Shown here: piece after piece, positions 17,257-27,052 of the stretch
How positions within the stretch are numbered: position 1 is the stretch's first letter
Layout of the letters: each line of letters starts with the position of its first letter
Assembly: GCA_964371595.1 (NCBI GenBank)
Contig: CAYJNJ010000009.1
Coordinates: 1-61,614, forward strand
Source of the DNA: an uncultured Bacteroidales bacterium
Lineage (GTDB): Bacteria; Bacteroidota; Bacteroidia; Bacteroidales; JAGOPY01
Length of the DNA: 61,614 nt
Direction of reading: 5' to 3'
Notes under the pieces: model-generated
Seen by the model: the letters and a program-made list of their open reading frames with translations, nothing else
Told to the model about the DNA's origin: nothing
The model's database searches: none
Position numbers and translations under genes: made by a program

Positions 17257-18099
17257 TTATACTACCGCTTTAAGGCTCATATCAAGACTTTTAATATGAT
17301 GGGTCAATGCGCCGACAGAAATAAAATCCACGCCGGTTTCGGCATAGCTTCTTAAATTACCGGCTGTGATGCCGCCAGAAGCTTCCGTTTCATAGCGGCG
17401 GTTGATCAGTTTCAGGGCTTCCTTCAGATCAGGCACTGAGAAATTGTCGAGCATGATCCTGTCGATGTTTCCTGCATTGAGCACCTGCTGCAATTCGTCA
17501 AAATTCCTGACCTCAATTTCAATCTTCAATTTTAATCCTTCCCCCTTCGATCGTAGATATTCATGCACCGCTTCAATCGCTTTCCCAATTCCGCCGGCAA
17601 AATCCACATGGTTGTCTTTGATCATGATCATGTCGTAAAGCCCCATGCGGTGGTTTTGTCCGCCACCCGTCCTTACCGCCATTTTTTCTATTTCCCGGAG
17701 CAGTGGCGTGGTTTTGCGGGTATCAAGGATTTTGGCAGATGTACCTTCGGTCAGTTTTACAAGATTATAGGTTTGTGTAGCGATACCGCTCATCCGCTGC
17801 ATGAAGTTCAGGGCAAGCCTTTCGCCCGATAAAATACTTCGCGAGCTTCCTGAGATATAAAAGGCAATATCGCCGGGTTTTACGGGCGTTCCATCGCTGA
17901 TAACAGCTTCAAAAACCAATGATGGGTCGAGCTGGCGGTAAACTTCACGGGCAATCTCAACTCCGGCAATGATCCCCTCTTCTTTGACTAAGAGCTTTGA
18001 TTTTCCTGTTGCCTCTGCCGGGATGGTGGCCAGGGAAGTATGATCGCCGTTTCCGAGGTCCTCCTGTAATGCCTTCCTGATAATTTCTTCAATGTTCAT
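17257..18099 (-). CDS. nadC: Nicotinate-nucleotide diphosphorylase (carboxylating)
   Basis: ILDTRKTTP, HRMGLYD, IKDNH, IMLDNF, EASGGI, ISVGALTH. Confidence 0.97.
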   Translation of the reverse strand: MNIEEIIRKALQEDLGNGDHTSLATIPAEATGKSKLLVKEEGIIAGVEIAREVYRQLDPSLVFEAVISDGTPVKPGDIAFYISGSSRSILSGERLALNFMQRMSGIATQTYNLVKLTEGTSAKILDTRKTTPLLREIEKMAVRTGGGQNHRMGLYDMIMIKDNHVDFAGGIGKAIEAVHEYLRSKGEGLKLKIEIEVRNFDELQQVLNAGNIDRIMLDNFSVPDLKEALKLINRRYETEASGGITAGNLRSYAETGVDFISVGALTHHIKSLDMSLKAVV

Positions 18100-18114
18100 G
18101 CGTCTTTCCGGAAA

Positions 18115-18510
18115 TTATTTTTTTTCATCGACCCGCAACTTGTGAATAAGGAACCTGCCCTGCTCTTCCCGCAAATAGACATAAACCTGGAAGTTTTTTC
18201 CGGCAGATGAGTAATTGCCTATCGCAAACCTGCTTGTAGTATCTGTGGCCCCTTTTTCAAGGATATTGAATGACTCAGAAGGATATTTCTTAAAGAATTC
18301 TTTCAGGATCATTTCGGTTTGCGAGGCGCTGTATGTATCTTCGTTATCCGGAAGGCGCAATTCTACGGTGACATTGAAAGAAGCGGAGAGCGCCCTGGCA
18401 TCAGATTCCCTGAAAGCTTTGACCACCGGGTCGAAAAGCTCATCCTGGGCTACAGCGCTGAACTGGCAGGCAATAAGGATGAAGGCGACCAGGAATAATA
18501 TTTTTTTCAT
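18115..18510 (-). CDS. DUF4783-like exported protein
   Basis: Signal peptide from ATG 18510; YSASQTEMILKEFF motif; usual nadC neighbour. Confidence 0.75.
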   Translation of the reverse strand: MKKILFLVAFILIACQFSAVAQDELFDPVVKAFRESDARALSASFNVTVELRLPDNEDTYSASQTEMILKEFFKKYPSESFNILEKGATDTTSRFAIGNYSSAGKNFQVYVYLREEQGRFLIHKLRVDEKK

Positions 18511-18615
18511 CAGGTTAGTTTCCTGCAAATTTACCAATAAAATCATGCCATTATTCCCGGCAAGGGTAGCTTTCTCATTCCGAATTGCTAAATTTGTGAT
18601 AATTACGACCAGGAC

Positions 18616-19323
18616 ATGAAGAATATCATCATCACGGGGGCCAGCCGGGGCATCGGCTTTGAGACAGCGCTGGAATTATCCAGGGACAGGCAGAACAAGG
18701 TTTTTGCCATCGCCCGAAACCGGGAAGGGCTGAAAAAACTGGAATCCCACTGCAGGCAGGAGACAGGGTTTAACAATGTGAAGATTTTCCCCTTTGACCT
18801 TGCTGAAGGAGATTTCGATAACGCATTGCTGCCTGGGATCCAGGAATATATGGATAAAATTGACGTCCTTGTGGTGAATGCAGGGGCGCTGGTCCATAAG
18901 CCATTTGAAATGATGGAAGAAGAGGATTTCGACCTGATCTTCAATACCAATGTGAAGAGTGTTTTCAACCTGGTGAAATGCCTGTATTTTAATTTTGCAG
19001 ATCATTCACATATTGTGACCATCGGGAGCATGGGAGGTTTCCAGGGAAGCGTGAAATTCCCCGGGTTATCCTTATACAGCGCCAGTAAAGGGGCCCTCGC
19101 GGTACTTACCGAATGCCTTGCCGAAGAGTTTAAAGGAAGGGGTATTAATGTGAATTGCCTTGCTTTGGGATCCGCACAGACAGAAATGCTGTCTGAGGCT
19201 TTCCCGGGATTCCAGTCGCCACTTTCGGCCGGTGAAATGGCGGCATTTATCGCAGATTTTGCATTGCGCGGCCACAAGTGGTTCAACGGTAAAATACTCC
19301 CGGTTTCGGTGACAACTCCGTAA
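18616..19323 (+). CDS. SDR family oxidoreductase
   Basis: TGASRGIG, NAG, YSASK. Confidence 0.92.
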   Translation: MKNIIITGASRGIGFETALELSRDRQNKVFAIARNREGLKKLESHCRQETGFNNVKIFPFDLAEGDFDNALLPGIQEYMDKIDVLVVNAGALVHKPFEMMEEEDFDLIFNTNVKSVFNLVKCLYFNFADHSHIVTIGSMGGFQGSVKFPGLSLYSASKGALAVLTECLAEEFKGRGINVNCLALGSAQTEMLSEAFPGFQSPLSAGEMAAFIADFALRGHKWFNGKILPVSVTTP

Positions 19324-19409
19324 AGCCGTCATCCTTCCTGAAAATTCCGGCCAATTATGTATTACTTTTACAGTTCGAAACGATAGAAAGTATTGGAAAC
19401 TGGGAAATT

Positions 19410-21692
19410 ATGAAAATAAAATTCATCGCCGGCCTTATTTTACTGCTTTCAGCCGGTTTTTGCGGGTTTGCAGCCAGGGTTGAAAAGGTTTATCATATCA
19501 GTGACCCTGGGATCAGCCAACAGGATAATTATACAGTGATCAGTTTCGATGGCACGAAATTGCTCGGTGAAACGGGCAAAGCCACGCTGCCTTTCTTCCC
19601 CGTAAAACTGCTTTTACCTCCCGGTGAAGTCGCCGTATCCATCGATATTACATTCGAACAGCCTGTAAAACTCGGGGGGCAGTATGATTTGCTGCCCAGG
19701 CAGGAAGCCAGGCCTATATCGCTGGGGGAGAGCGGCGAATGGCTTAAGGATGAGGATTTCTATAACAGCACAAGACAATATCCTGCCCGTTTAAAATACC
19801 AGGTTGAAACGCAGTTCTACAATGGCTCAGGCATAGCTTTGTCGGCATTTACACCGGTCAGGTATGTCCCGGCAAGAAAGGAAGTGATGTATTACCAGCT
19901 TGTCAGGGTGACCATTGAAACCGCCCCGGATCCCAACCTGGATGCGCATTCCCGGAATTTTTTCCCTTCCGGGAATAAAGCGGGAAACCTGGAAATGCTT
20001 GTCCAGAACCCTGAAAATATTGCAGATTATTATCCGGGCAGGGAATTCCGGACCAATGATTACGATTATCTCATCATCACACCAAACCAGTATGTTACCG
20101 AATTTGATACACTGGCATCGTTTTATAAGCCACGGGGTATCATTACTAAAGTCACTTCGACCGAATATATCAGTTCGAACTTTGTTGGGGCCGATCTCCA
20201 GGTGAAGATCAGGAATTATATCATCGAAGAGTACCAGGATAACGGAATTGACTACGTGCTCATTGGTGGCGATGCGAACCTGGTACCCTACAGGGGCTTT
20301 TACTGCTATGTAATTTCAGGCAGCGGTGAGTGGGATTATGGGATACCTTCCGATCTTTATTATTCGGCACTTGACGGGAACTGGAATACCGATGGCGATG
20401 GAATGTGGGCAGAGCCTGATGAGGATGACCTTTATCCTGAAGTCGCTATTGGCAGGATGACCTTCAGCGATACGGCGGAATTGCACAATATGCTGCATAA
20501 AACTATGCTTTACCAGGCTAACCCGGTCGAAGGGGAGTTTACCAGTCCCCTGCTTGCCGGCGAATATCTATATACACCCCCGATTACGTGGGGCTCGGAT
20601 TACCTGAAATTGCTCGTTGGTTACCGGACTGATAACGGCTATTCGACACATGGCATCCCACCCGGCCAGCCAAGGGATACGCTGTATGATGAGGTTGCAA
20701 ACTGGACGGAAGTTACACTGAGGGCCCATATCAATGCCGGCCGCCCCTGGCTGCACCATGTCGGCCATGCGAATTACACCTATTCCATGAAAATGGACAA
20801 CAACGATATCACCAATGCGAATTTCGCCGGGGCCAACGGTATCAATCATAACTACACTATTGTTTACACCCATGGTTGCAACTGTGGTGGCTTTGATCAA
20901 AGCGATTGTATTGCCGAAAAAATGGTAGGCATCGATAATTTTGCGGTGGCTTTTGTGGGAAATTCGCGTTACGGATGGTTCAACCAGGGCACAACCGACG
21001 GCCCTTCGCAGCATCTCCACCGGGAATTCATGGATGCGCTGTATTACGACAGCCTCTACCATATCGGCATGGCCCACCTGAGGTCCAAATCGGAAACGGC
21101 GCCTTTTGTAGAGGTTTCCGGGGAGTTCGAGCCCGGTGCGACACGCTGGTGCTTCTACGATAATTATGTCCTGGGCGACCCCATGATGGCCATGTGGACC
21201 GAGGAGCCGTACACACCGCAGGTGACCTATCCTTCCCTGGTCCCGATCGGCGCCGACTCGATGGTGGTGCATGTAAACAATCTGCAGGGTGCCTGCCGGA
21301 ATTTCACCTGCAGCATTTATTATAATGATTCCCTTTACAGCACGGCTGCAACCAATAATGCCGGGAAAGCGGTGATCATGCTGCAGGCCGGCCTTGCCGA
21401 AGGGCCATTGTCGCTTATTGTGGCGGGTTTTAATATCCTTCCGCAAACCTACCCGGTCCATGTCTGCGATTACTGGCTGGGATATTCCTCAGACTGGAAC
21501 AAAGGAGCGAACTGGTATACAGGGTCTGTGCCCGATAACTCAACTTATGTTATTATCCCGGCTGATCCTGCGGGGCCTTATTTCCCGGTAACGAACACCG
21601 GTGCGGGAAGGCAGTGTGCAGGCATTAATATTGAGCCCGGCGCCGATTTTATACTTAAAAGCGGTGAAACCTTTTCTATCGGCGATAACTAA
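19410..21692 (+). CDS. C25 (gingipain-family) cysteine peptidase with propeptide, lacking a canonical T9SS CTD
   Basis: DYLIIT, YVLIGGD, SDLYY, PEVAIGR; catalytic HVGHA and HGCN; LGDP. The C-terminus is a W.G..SDW...NW..G.VP module. Confidence 0.85.
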   Translation: MKIKFIAGLILLLSAGFCGFAARVEKVYHISDPGISQQDNYTVISFDGTKLLGETGKATLPFFPVKLLLPPGEVAVSIDITFEQPVKLGGQYDLLPRQEARPISLGESGEWLKDEDFYNSTRQYPARLKYQVETQFYNGSGIALSAFTPVRYVPARKEVMYYQLVRVTIETAPDPNLDAHSRNFFPSGNKAGNLEMLVQNPENIADYYPGREFRTNDYDYLIITPNQYVTEFDTLASFYKPRGIITKVTSTEYISSNFVGADLQVKIRNYIIEEYQDNGIDYVLIGGDANLVPYRGFYCYVISGSGEWDYGIPSDLYYSALDGNWNTDGDGMWAEPDEDDLYPEVAIGRMTFSDTAELHNMLHKTMLYQANPVEGEFTSPLLAGEYLYTPPITWGSDYLKLLVGYRTDNGYSTHGIPPGQPRDTLYDEVANWTEVTLRAHINAGRPWLHHVGHANYTYSMKMDNNDITNANFAGANGINHNYTIVYTHGCNCGGFDQSDCIAEKMVGIDNFAVAFVGNSRYGWFNQGTTDGPSQHLHREFMDALYYDSLYHIGMAHLRSKSETAPFVEVSGEFEPGATRWCFYDNYVLGDPMMAMWTEEPYTPQVTYPSLVPIGADSMVVHVNNLQGACRNFTCSIYYNDSLYSTAATNNAGKAVIMLQAGLAEGPLSLIVAGFNILPQTYPVHVCDYWLGYSSDWNKGANWYTGSVPDNSTYVIIPADPAGPYFPVTNTGAGRQCAGINIEPGADFILKSGETFSIGDN

Positions 21693-21730
21693 AATCAGCT
21701 ATCTTTGAGGCCTGAATTTTAGACATCTGC

Positions 21731-22144
21731 ATGGCTTCCGGCAGTATTATCCATCCAGGGATCATTGAAAATATCAACGGCAACAAGGTATCCGTCAGGA
21801 TACTTTCCCAGTCCGCATGCAGTGCCTGCCACGCTAAAGGGGCCTGCACGGTTGCCGATATGAAGGATAAGATCATTGATACCGAAATGGACCAGCCTGG
21901 AAACTGGAAGACAGGGGATGAAGTCATGGTAAGGATGGATGAATCGCTTGGCAGGAAGGCTGTTATCCTCGGGTATGGCTTGCCACTCATAGTGCTGGTG
22001 GGCTCTATCATTATCTTTCTGTCGCTGCTCGCGAATGAAGGACTTGCAGCGTTGCTGGCCATCCTGATGCTGGTGCCTTATTATTTGGCCTTGTACCTGT
22101 TCAGGAACCGCTTGCATAAGGAATTCAGGTTTACTATTGAATGA
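21731..22144 (+). CDS. rseC: RseC/MucC family (SoxR reducing system) protein
   Basis: SACSACHAKGAC plus two TM helices, upstream of the rnf genes. Confidence 0.85.
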   Translation: MASGSIIHPGIIENINGNKVSVRILSQSACSACHAKGACTVADMKDKIIDTEMDQPGNWKTGDEVMVRMDESLGRKAVILGYGLPLIVLVGSIIIFLSLLANEGLAALLAILMLVPYYLALYLFRNRLHKEFRFTIE

Positions 22145-22202
22145 ACATCTTAACTTAAATCATGTTTATAAAAGAACTTACTCATCTACCCTCAATAAAA
22201 TT

Positions 22203-24578
22203 ATGACTATTATGAAGCTTAACCGTTTTCTCACTTTACTCATTGCCGTACTGATGGCAGGATTCATCCAGGGACAGGATGGAGATGCAATAAATGTCCC
22301 TATCATTATCAAAGCCACCTATTTTGATGTGACCCCGCCATTAAGGGATATGACTATCATCCTTCCCGGCGAGCGCGACCGTTCATGGAAAGATAATATC
22401 ATCCAGAATAAGTCGATGGAAGAAGAATTTAAGAACCAGGTGTATGACATCCCGGAGGATTTTATTGACCCGGTTCTGCAGACATCCTATCCCGCTACCC
22501 GTGAAATTACCGGGCCCGTGCTGAATTTCGACGGGGTGGGCAACGTGAACGGCGTTTATCCGCCTGATACCGATGGAGATGTCGGTCCCAACCATTATTT
22601 CCAGATGATCAACCTTTCATTTGCTATCTGGGACAAGCAGGGTGCCTTATTGTACGGACCTGTTGATAACAGCACTCTCTGGAACGGTTTTATCGGGCCA
22701 TGGACCGGCACCAACGACGGTGACCCGATCGTGCTTTACGATGAGGGCGCCGACCGCTGGATGGCTTCCCAATTCGCGATCAATACCTCCAACGGCTCCT
22801 ACTGGCAGCTTGTTGCGGTTTCTGCAACTTCCGATCCACTGGGTGCATACAACAGGTATGCTTTCCCTATGCCCGCATTCAATGATTACCCCAAGCTTTC
22901 GGTGTGGAACGATGCCTATTATGCAACGTTTAACATGTTTGGCAGTTATACCCGCGTCGGGGTTGCTGCTTTCGAGCGCGATGCCATGATCGCCGGTGAC
23001 GAAGATGCCCAGATGGTTTATTTTAACCAGCCTTCCGGTACCTTTAGCATGCAACCGGCAGATTTCGATGGACCAGAACCACCGGCAGGTGCCCCCTGCT
23101 ATTTTGGCTATATCCGGTCGTCGACCCAGAATTTTGAAGTCTATGAATTTGATGTAGACTGGACTACACCTGCCAATTCAGCATTTACGCTGGTCAGTAC
23201 GCTGGATATTGCTTCCTACAATCCGAATCTCAACGGCGTTCCCCAGCCCGGAACCAACACCCGCCTGGATGACCTGGGCATGATGATCATGTTCCGCCTG
23301 CAGTACAGGAATTTCGGCGATTATGAAGTGCTGATGGCCAACCATACGGTGAATGCCGGCTCCGGCAGGACTGGCGTGCGCTGGTATGAATTCAGGAAAG
23401 AAACTGGTAGCTGGTACATTTACCAGCAGGGTACGTATGCCCCGTCAGACGGGCAATACCGCTGGATGGGCAGTATCGCCATGAACGGGAACGGGGATAT
23501 AGCGCTGGGTTACAGCCTTGGAAGCACTACCACTTATCCTTCCATTTATTATGTTGGAAGAAGGGCGGATGCGCCTCTGGGCGAAATGAACCTTTCGGAA
23601 ATTGAAATTATCGGCGGAACAGGTTCCCAGTCGGGTATAGAAAGGTGGGGCGATTATTCCTGCTTATCTGTCGACCCTACTGACGACAGCACCTTCTGGT
23701 TTACTACCGAATACATGAGAAGCAGCTGGAAAACCCGGATTGCCTCCTTCGATTTCGGCCCGATACTGCCTCCCGAAGTTTTTGCCGGGAATGATACATC
23801 GATCTGCGAAACCTCATCATTCCTGACCGATGGCGAGGCTTACCACCAGCAATCCGTTACCTGGTATACTTCCGGGACCGGCTTTTTTATTGATCCTTAC
23901 GATGTCCAGGCAATCTACCTGAGATCACAGGCCGATGTCGACACCGGTTATGTAAACCTTTGGCTGATAGGCACAGGCTATATCGAAGGCCAGGATGATT
24001 CCGACACAGTAATGGTAACCTATGAAAAAGCTGCAAAAGCTTTCGCCGGACCTGATTCGACAATTTGTGACGATGAGAGCATTATGCTTTCAGGCTCGGC
24101 GATCAACCAGGATTCCGTTTCCTGGAAATCCGACGGTGACGGGATTTTTGACAATCCGGCCATTACAACCCCGGTATATACACCAGGTCCGGCGGATATT
24201 AGCACTGGATTTGTATGGCTGAGGTTAACGGCCTATGATACCCTGCCCTGCACCAACTCACATACCGACAAGCTTAAGTTAACCATCGATGAGTGCACCG
24301 GCATCGGTGAACTTAAAGAAAATGGACTTATCCTTAAAGTCATTCCAAACCCTGCAAATTCACTGCTTAATTTCCAGGTTTCGGGAGTGAAAGATACCGG
24401 GCCCATGACACTTTCCATGACTAATTCGCAGGGAGTTGTCGTATTTACTATGAAGCTGTCGCTGACTGCCGGGCAATATTCAAATAGCATGGACGTAACA
24501 AGGTTCCCGAGAGGCATTTATTACCTGAAAGCCGGTAATACACAGGAACAGGTCATCCAAAAAGTTATCCTGCAATAG
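22203..24578 (+). CDS. T9SS-secreted protein (PPD/GDP/RWGDY putative propeller domain, PKD-like repeats, CTD)
   Basis: Signal peptide (ATG 22203 or 22212); PPDTDGDVGPNH, GDPIVLYD, RWGDYS; AG.D..IC repeats; VIPNP...GIYYLK...KVILQ. Confidence 0.8.
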   Translation: MTIMKLNRFLTLLIAVLMAGFIQGQDGDAINVPIIIKATYFDVTPPLRDMTIILPGERDRSWKDNIIQNKSMEEEFKNQVYDIPEDFIDPVLQTSYPATREITGPVLNFDGVGNVNGVYPPDTDGDVGPNHYFQMINLSFAIWDKQGALLYGPVDNSTLWNGFIGPWTGTNDGDPIVLYDEGADRWMASQFAINTSNGSYWQLVAVSATSDPLGAYNRYAFPMPAFNDYPKLSVWNDAYYATFNMFGSYTRVGVAAFERDAMIAGDEDAQMVYFNQPSGTFSMQPADFDGPEPPAGAPCYFGYIRSSTQNFEVYEFDVDWTTPANSAFTLVSTLDIASYNPNLNGVPQPGTNTRLDDLGMMIMFRLQYRNFGDYEVLMANHTVNAGSGRTGVRWYEFRKETGSWYIYQQGTYAPSDGQYRWMGSIAMNGNGDIALGYSLGSTTTYPSIYYVGRRADAPLGEMNLSEIEIIGGTGSQSGIERWGDYSCLSVDPTDDSTFWFTTEYMRSSWKTRIASFDFGPILPPEVFAGNDTSICETSSFLTDGEAYHQQSVTWYTSGTGFFIDPYDVQAIYLRSQADVDTGYVNLWLIGTGYIEGQDDSDTVMVTYEKAAKAFAGPDSTICDDESIMLSGSAINQDSVSWKSDGDGIFDNPAITTPVYTPGPADISTGFVWLRLTAYDTLPCTNSHTDKLKLTIDECTGIGELKENGLILKVIPNPANSLLNFQVSGVKDTGPMTLSMTNSQGVVVFTMKLSLTAGQYSNSMDVTRFPRGIYYLKAGNTQEQVIQKVILQ

Positions 24579-24627
24579 CGATTATAATTTAGAGCGCTTC
24601 TAAACATTTCAGAACTTTATGATTTTC

Positions 24628-24668
24628 AGAACCTTCAAATTTCAATAATTTGAAGGTTCTTCTTTTTT
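24628..24668 (+). terminator. Intrinsic terminator
   Basis: AGAACCTTCAAATT / AATTTGAAGGTTCT stem followed by a T-rich tract. Confidence 0.75.
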
Positions 24669-24748
24669 ATCCATAATATTCTGAATATTAATGTGATATC
24701 GCTTATATTTATTTAAGCCCTATTTGTTATAAGTTTCACAATAGTTGT

Positions 24749-24756
24749 TAAATTTG
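24749..24756 (+). promoter_or_regulatory. -7 box upstream of rnfB
   Basis: TAAATTTG in an AT-rich intergenic region. Confidence 0.5.
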
Positions 24757-24823
24757 CTCCTCCTTAAAGAAACCAAACACAGGTACAGGCTTTAAAGAGG
24801 AGCAATTTTAAAAGTGGACTAAG

Positions 24824-25681
24824 GTGAACAGTATCATTATTTTAGCCGTTGTTTCGCTCAGTGCAATAGGCTTGATTTCCGCGGTAGTACTCTATTTCGT
24901 CGCCCAAAAATTTAAAGTTATCGAAGATCCCCGGATTGGGCTTGTTGAAGAAGTCCTACCCTCGGCCAATTGCGGTGGTTGCGGATTTGCAGGATGCCGG
25001 AATTTTGCGGAGGCGCTGGTAAGCAATGCCGAAAAGGAAAAATCGATAGAGGGCTTGAACTGCCCTGTCGGTGGTGCCGATGTGATGAAGCAGGTTGCTG
25101 CGATACTGGAGCTTGAAGCGCCGGAAACCGAACCGATGATCGCAGTGATCCGTTGCAACGGTTCATTTGCGAATGCGCCTTCCAAGGTGAAATACGATGG
25201 CCCTGCGACGTGTGCTTTTGCACATAACCTGTATGCCGGCACCAGCGGTTGCGCCTTTGGCTGCCTTGGCCTGGGCGATTGCGTAACGGCCTGTATCTTT
25301 GATGCTATTGAAATTGATGCTGTTACCGGGCTTCCGGTTGTGAACGATAAATGTGTTGCCTGCGGCGCCTGTGTGAAAGCCTGCCCAAGGGCAATCATTG
25401 AATTGCGGTTCAAAGGAAAGAAAGACCGCAGGATCTTTATCGGTTGCGTCAATAAAGAAAAAGGCGGCCCGGCCAGGAAAAACTGTACCGTAGCCTGTAT
25501 CGGCTGTGGAAAATGCGTGGAGGCTTGTGCTTTCGATGCCATCACCCTTGAGAATAACCTTGCTTATATAGATTTCGAAAAGTGCAAACTCTGCCGTAAA
25601 TGTGCACCGGTTTGCCCTACAGAAGCGATCCATGAGATCAATTTCCCTGCACGCAAGGAAAAAGAACCGGTAGCAGTATAA
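24824..25681 (+). CDS. rnfB: Rnf electron transport complex subunit B
   Basis: LPSANCGGCGFAGC and several CxxCxxCxxxC ferredoxin motifs. Confidence 0.93.
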   Translation: MNSIIILAVVSLSAIGLISAVVLYFVAQKFKVIEDPRIGLVEEVLPSANCGGCGFAGCRNFAEALVSNAEKEKSIEGLNCPVGGADVMKQVAAILELEAPETEPMIAVIRCNGSFANAPSKVKYDGPATCAFAHNLYAGTSGCAFGCLGLGDCVTACIFDAIEIDAVTGLPVVNDKCVACGACVKACPRAIIELRFKGKKDRRIFIGCVNKEKGGPARKNCTVACIGCGKCVEACAFDAITLENNLAYIDFEKCKLCRKCAPVCPTEAIHEINFPARKEKEPVAV

Positions 25682-25708
25682 ATAATTATCAAAGTAATAC
25701 AAAAAAGG

Positions 25709-27049
25709 ATGTGTGCATTGAAAACTTTCCGTTCCGGAGGGATCCATCCGCCAGAAAACAAACTCTCAACAGGCTCTGCGGTTGAAGTATTTCCTTTGCC
25801 CAGGCAGGTGAGTATCCCTGTCAACCAGAACCTGGGGGCGCCGGCGGTACCGCTGGTCAATAAGGGGGATACGGTCAGGGTTGGTCAATTGATTGCCAAA
25901 GGCGAAGCCTTTATTTCTTCCAACGTTCATTCCCCGGTATCAGGAAAAGTGCTGAAAATTGACGAGATGGCCGATCAGACCGGCTTCAGGAGAAAAGCTA
26001 TCGTGATCATTGTTGAAGGGGATGAATGGGAGCCCGACATTGACAGGAGCCCTGACATCCGTCGTGAGATCACGCTCTCCCGCGAAGAGATAGTGAAAAG
26101 GATCCATGATAAGGGCATAGTCGGGATGGGTGGCGCTACTTTTCCATCTCACGTGAAACTCATGCTGCCCGAAGGGAAGAAAGCGGAATATCTTATCATT
26201 AACGGCGTAGAATGTGAACCTTACCTTACCGCCGATCATCGCCTAATGCTGGAAAAAGGGGAAGAAGTGCTGATCGGTACGAAAATCCTGATGAAAGGCC
26301 TTGGCGTAGAAAAAGCTATTATAGGTATTGAGAATAATAAGCCCGATGCCATCCGCAACATGACGGAACTGTCAGCAAAATACCCGGGGATCAGTGTCCA
26401 GCCGCTGAAAGTCAGGTATCCGCAGGGTGGAGAAAAGCAGCTCATCAATGCTTTGCTGGGACGCGAAGTGCCATCCGGCAAGCTCCCTATCGAAGTAGGC
26501 TGCGTGGTAAACAATGTAGGAACTGCATTCGCTGTGTACGAAGCGGTGCAGAAAAATAAGCCGCTGATTGAAAGGATAGTGACTGTAAGCGGTAAAACCG
26601 TTGCGAGGCCTTCCAACTTCATGGTCAGGATAGGCACGCCGGTTCAGGAAATCCTTGAAAAAGCCGGCGCTGACCTTGAAAAGACCGGCAAGGTGGTCAG
26701 CGGGGGCCCGATGATGGGGAAAGCACTGAATTCCATCGAAGTGCCCGTAGTTAAAGGGACCTCAGGACTGCTGCTCTTTGCCGAAGATCATTCTTCGCGG
26801 GTCATAGCAAGGGCCTGCATCCGGTGCGGACGTTGTGTCGGCGTCTGCCCCCTGGGGCTTGAACCGATACTCCTGGCACAGTATTCAGAAAAAGCCATGT
26901 GGGATAATGCCGAAGCCAATATGATCATGGACTGCATGGAATGCGGCTCCTGCCATTATACCTGCCCTTCCGGGCGCCCGCTCCTGGATTATATCCGGCT
27001 GGGCAAAAGTAAAGTAGGTCAAATTATCAGAAACAGAGGAAAAAAATAA
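25709..27049 (+). CDS. rnfC: Rnf subunit C
   Basis: GGIHPPENK, GMGGATFP, NGVECEPY, GGPMMG, two 4Fe-4S motifs. Confidence 0.95.
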   Translation: MCALKTFRSGGIHPPENKLSTGSAVEVFPLPRQVSIPVNQNLGAPAVPLVNKGDTVRVGQLIAKGEAFISSNVHSPVSGKVLKIDEMADQTGFRRKAIVIIVEGDEWEPDIDRSPDIRREITLSREEIVKRIHDKGIVGMGGATFPSHVKLMLPEGKKAEYLIINGVECEPYLTADHRLMLEKGEEVLIGTKILMKGLGVEKAIIGIENNKPDAIRNMTELSAKYPGISVQPLKVRYPQGGEKQLINALLGREVPSGKLPIEVGCVVNNVGTAFAVYEAVQKNKPLIERIVTVSGKTVARPSNFMVRIGTPVQEILEKAGADLEKTGKVVSGGPMMGKALNSIEVPVVKGTSGLLLFAEDHSSRVIARACIRCGRCVGVCPLGLEPILLAQYSEKAMWDNAEANMIMDCMECGSCHYTCPSGRPLLDYIRLGKSKVGQIIRNRGKK

Positions 27050-27052
27050 GCT

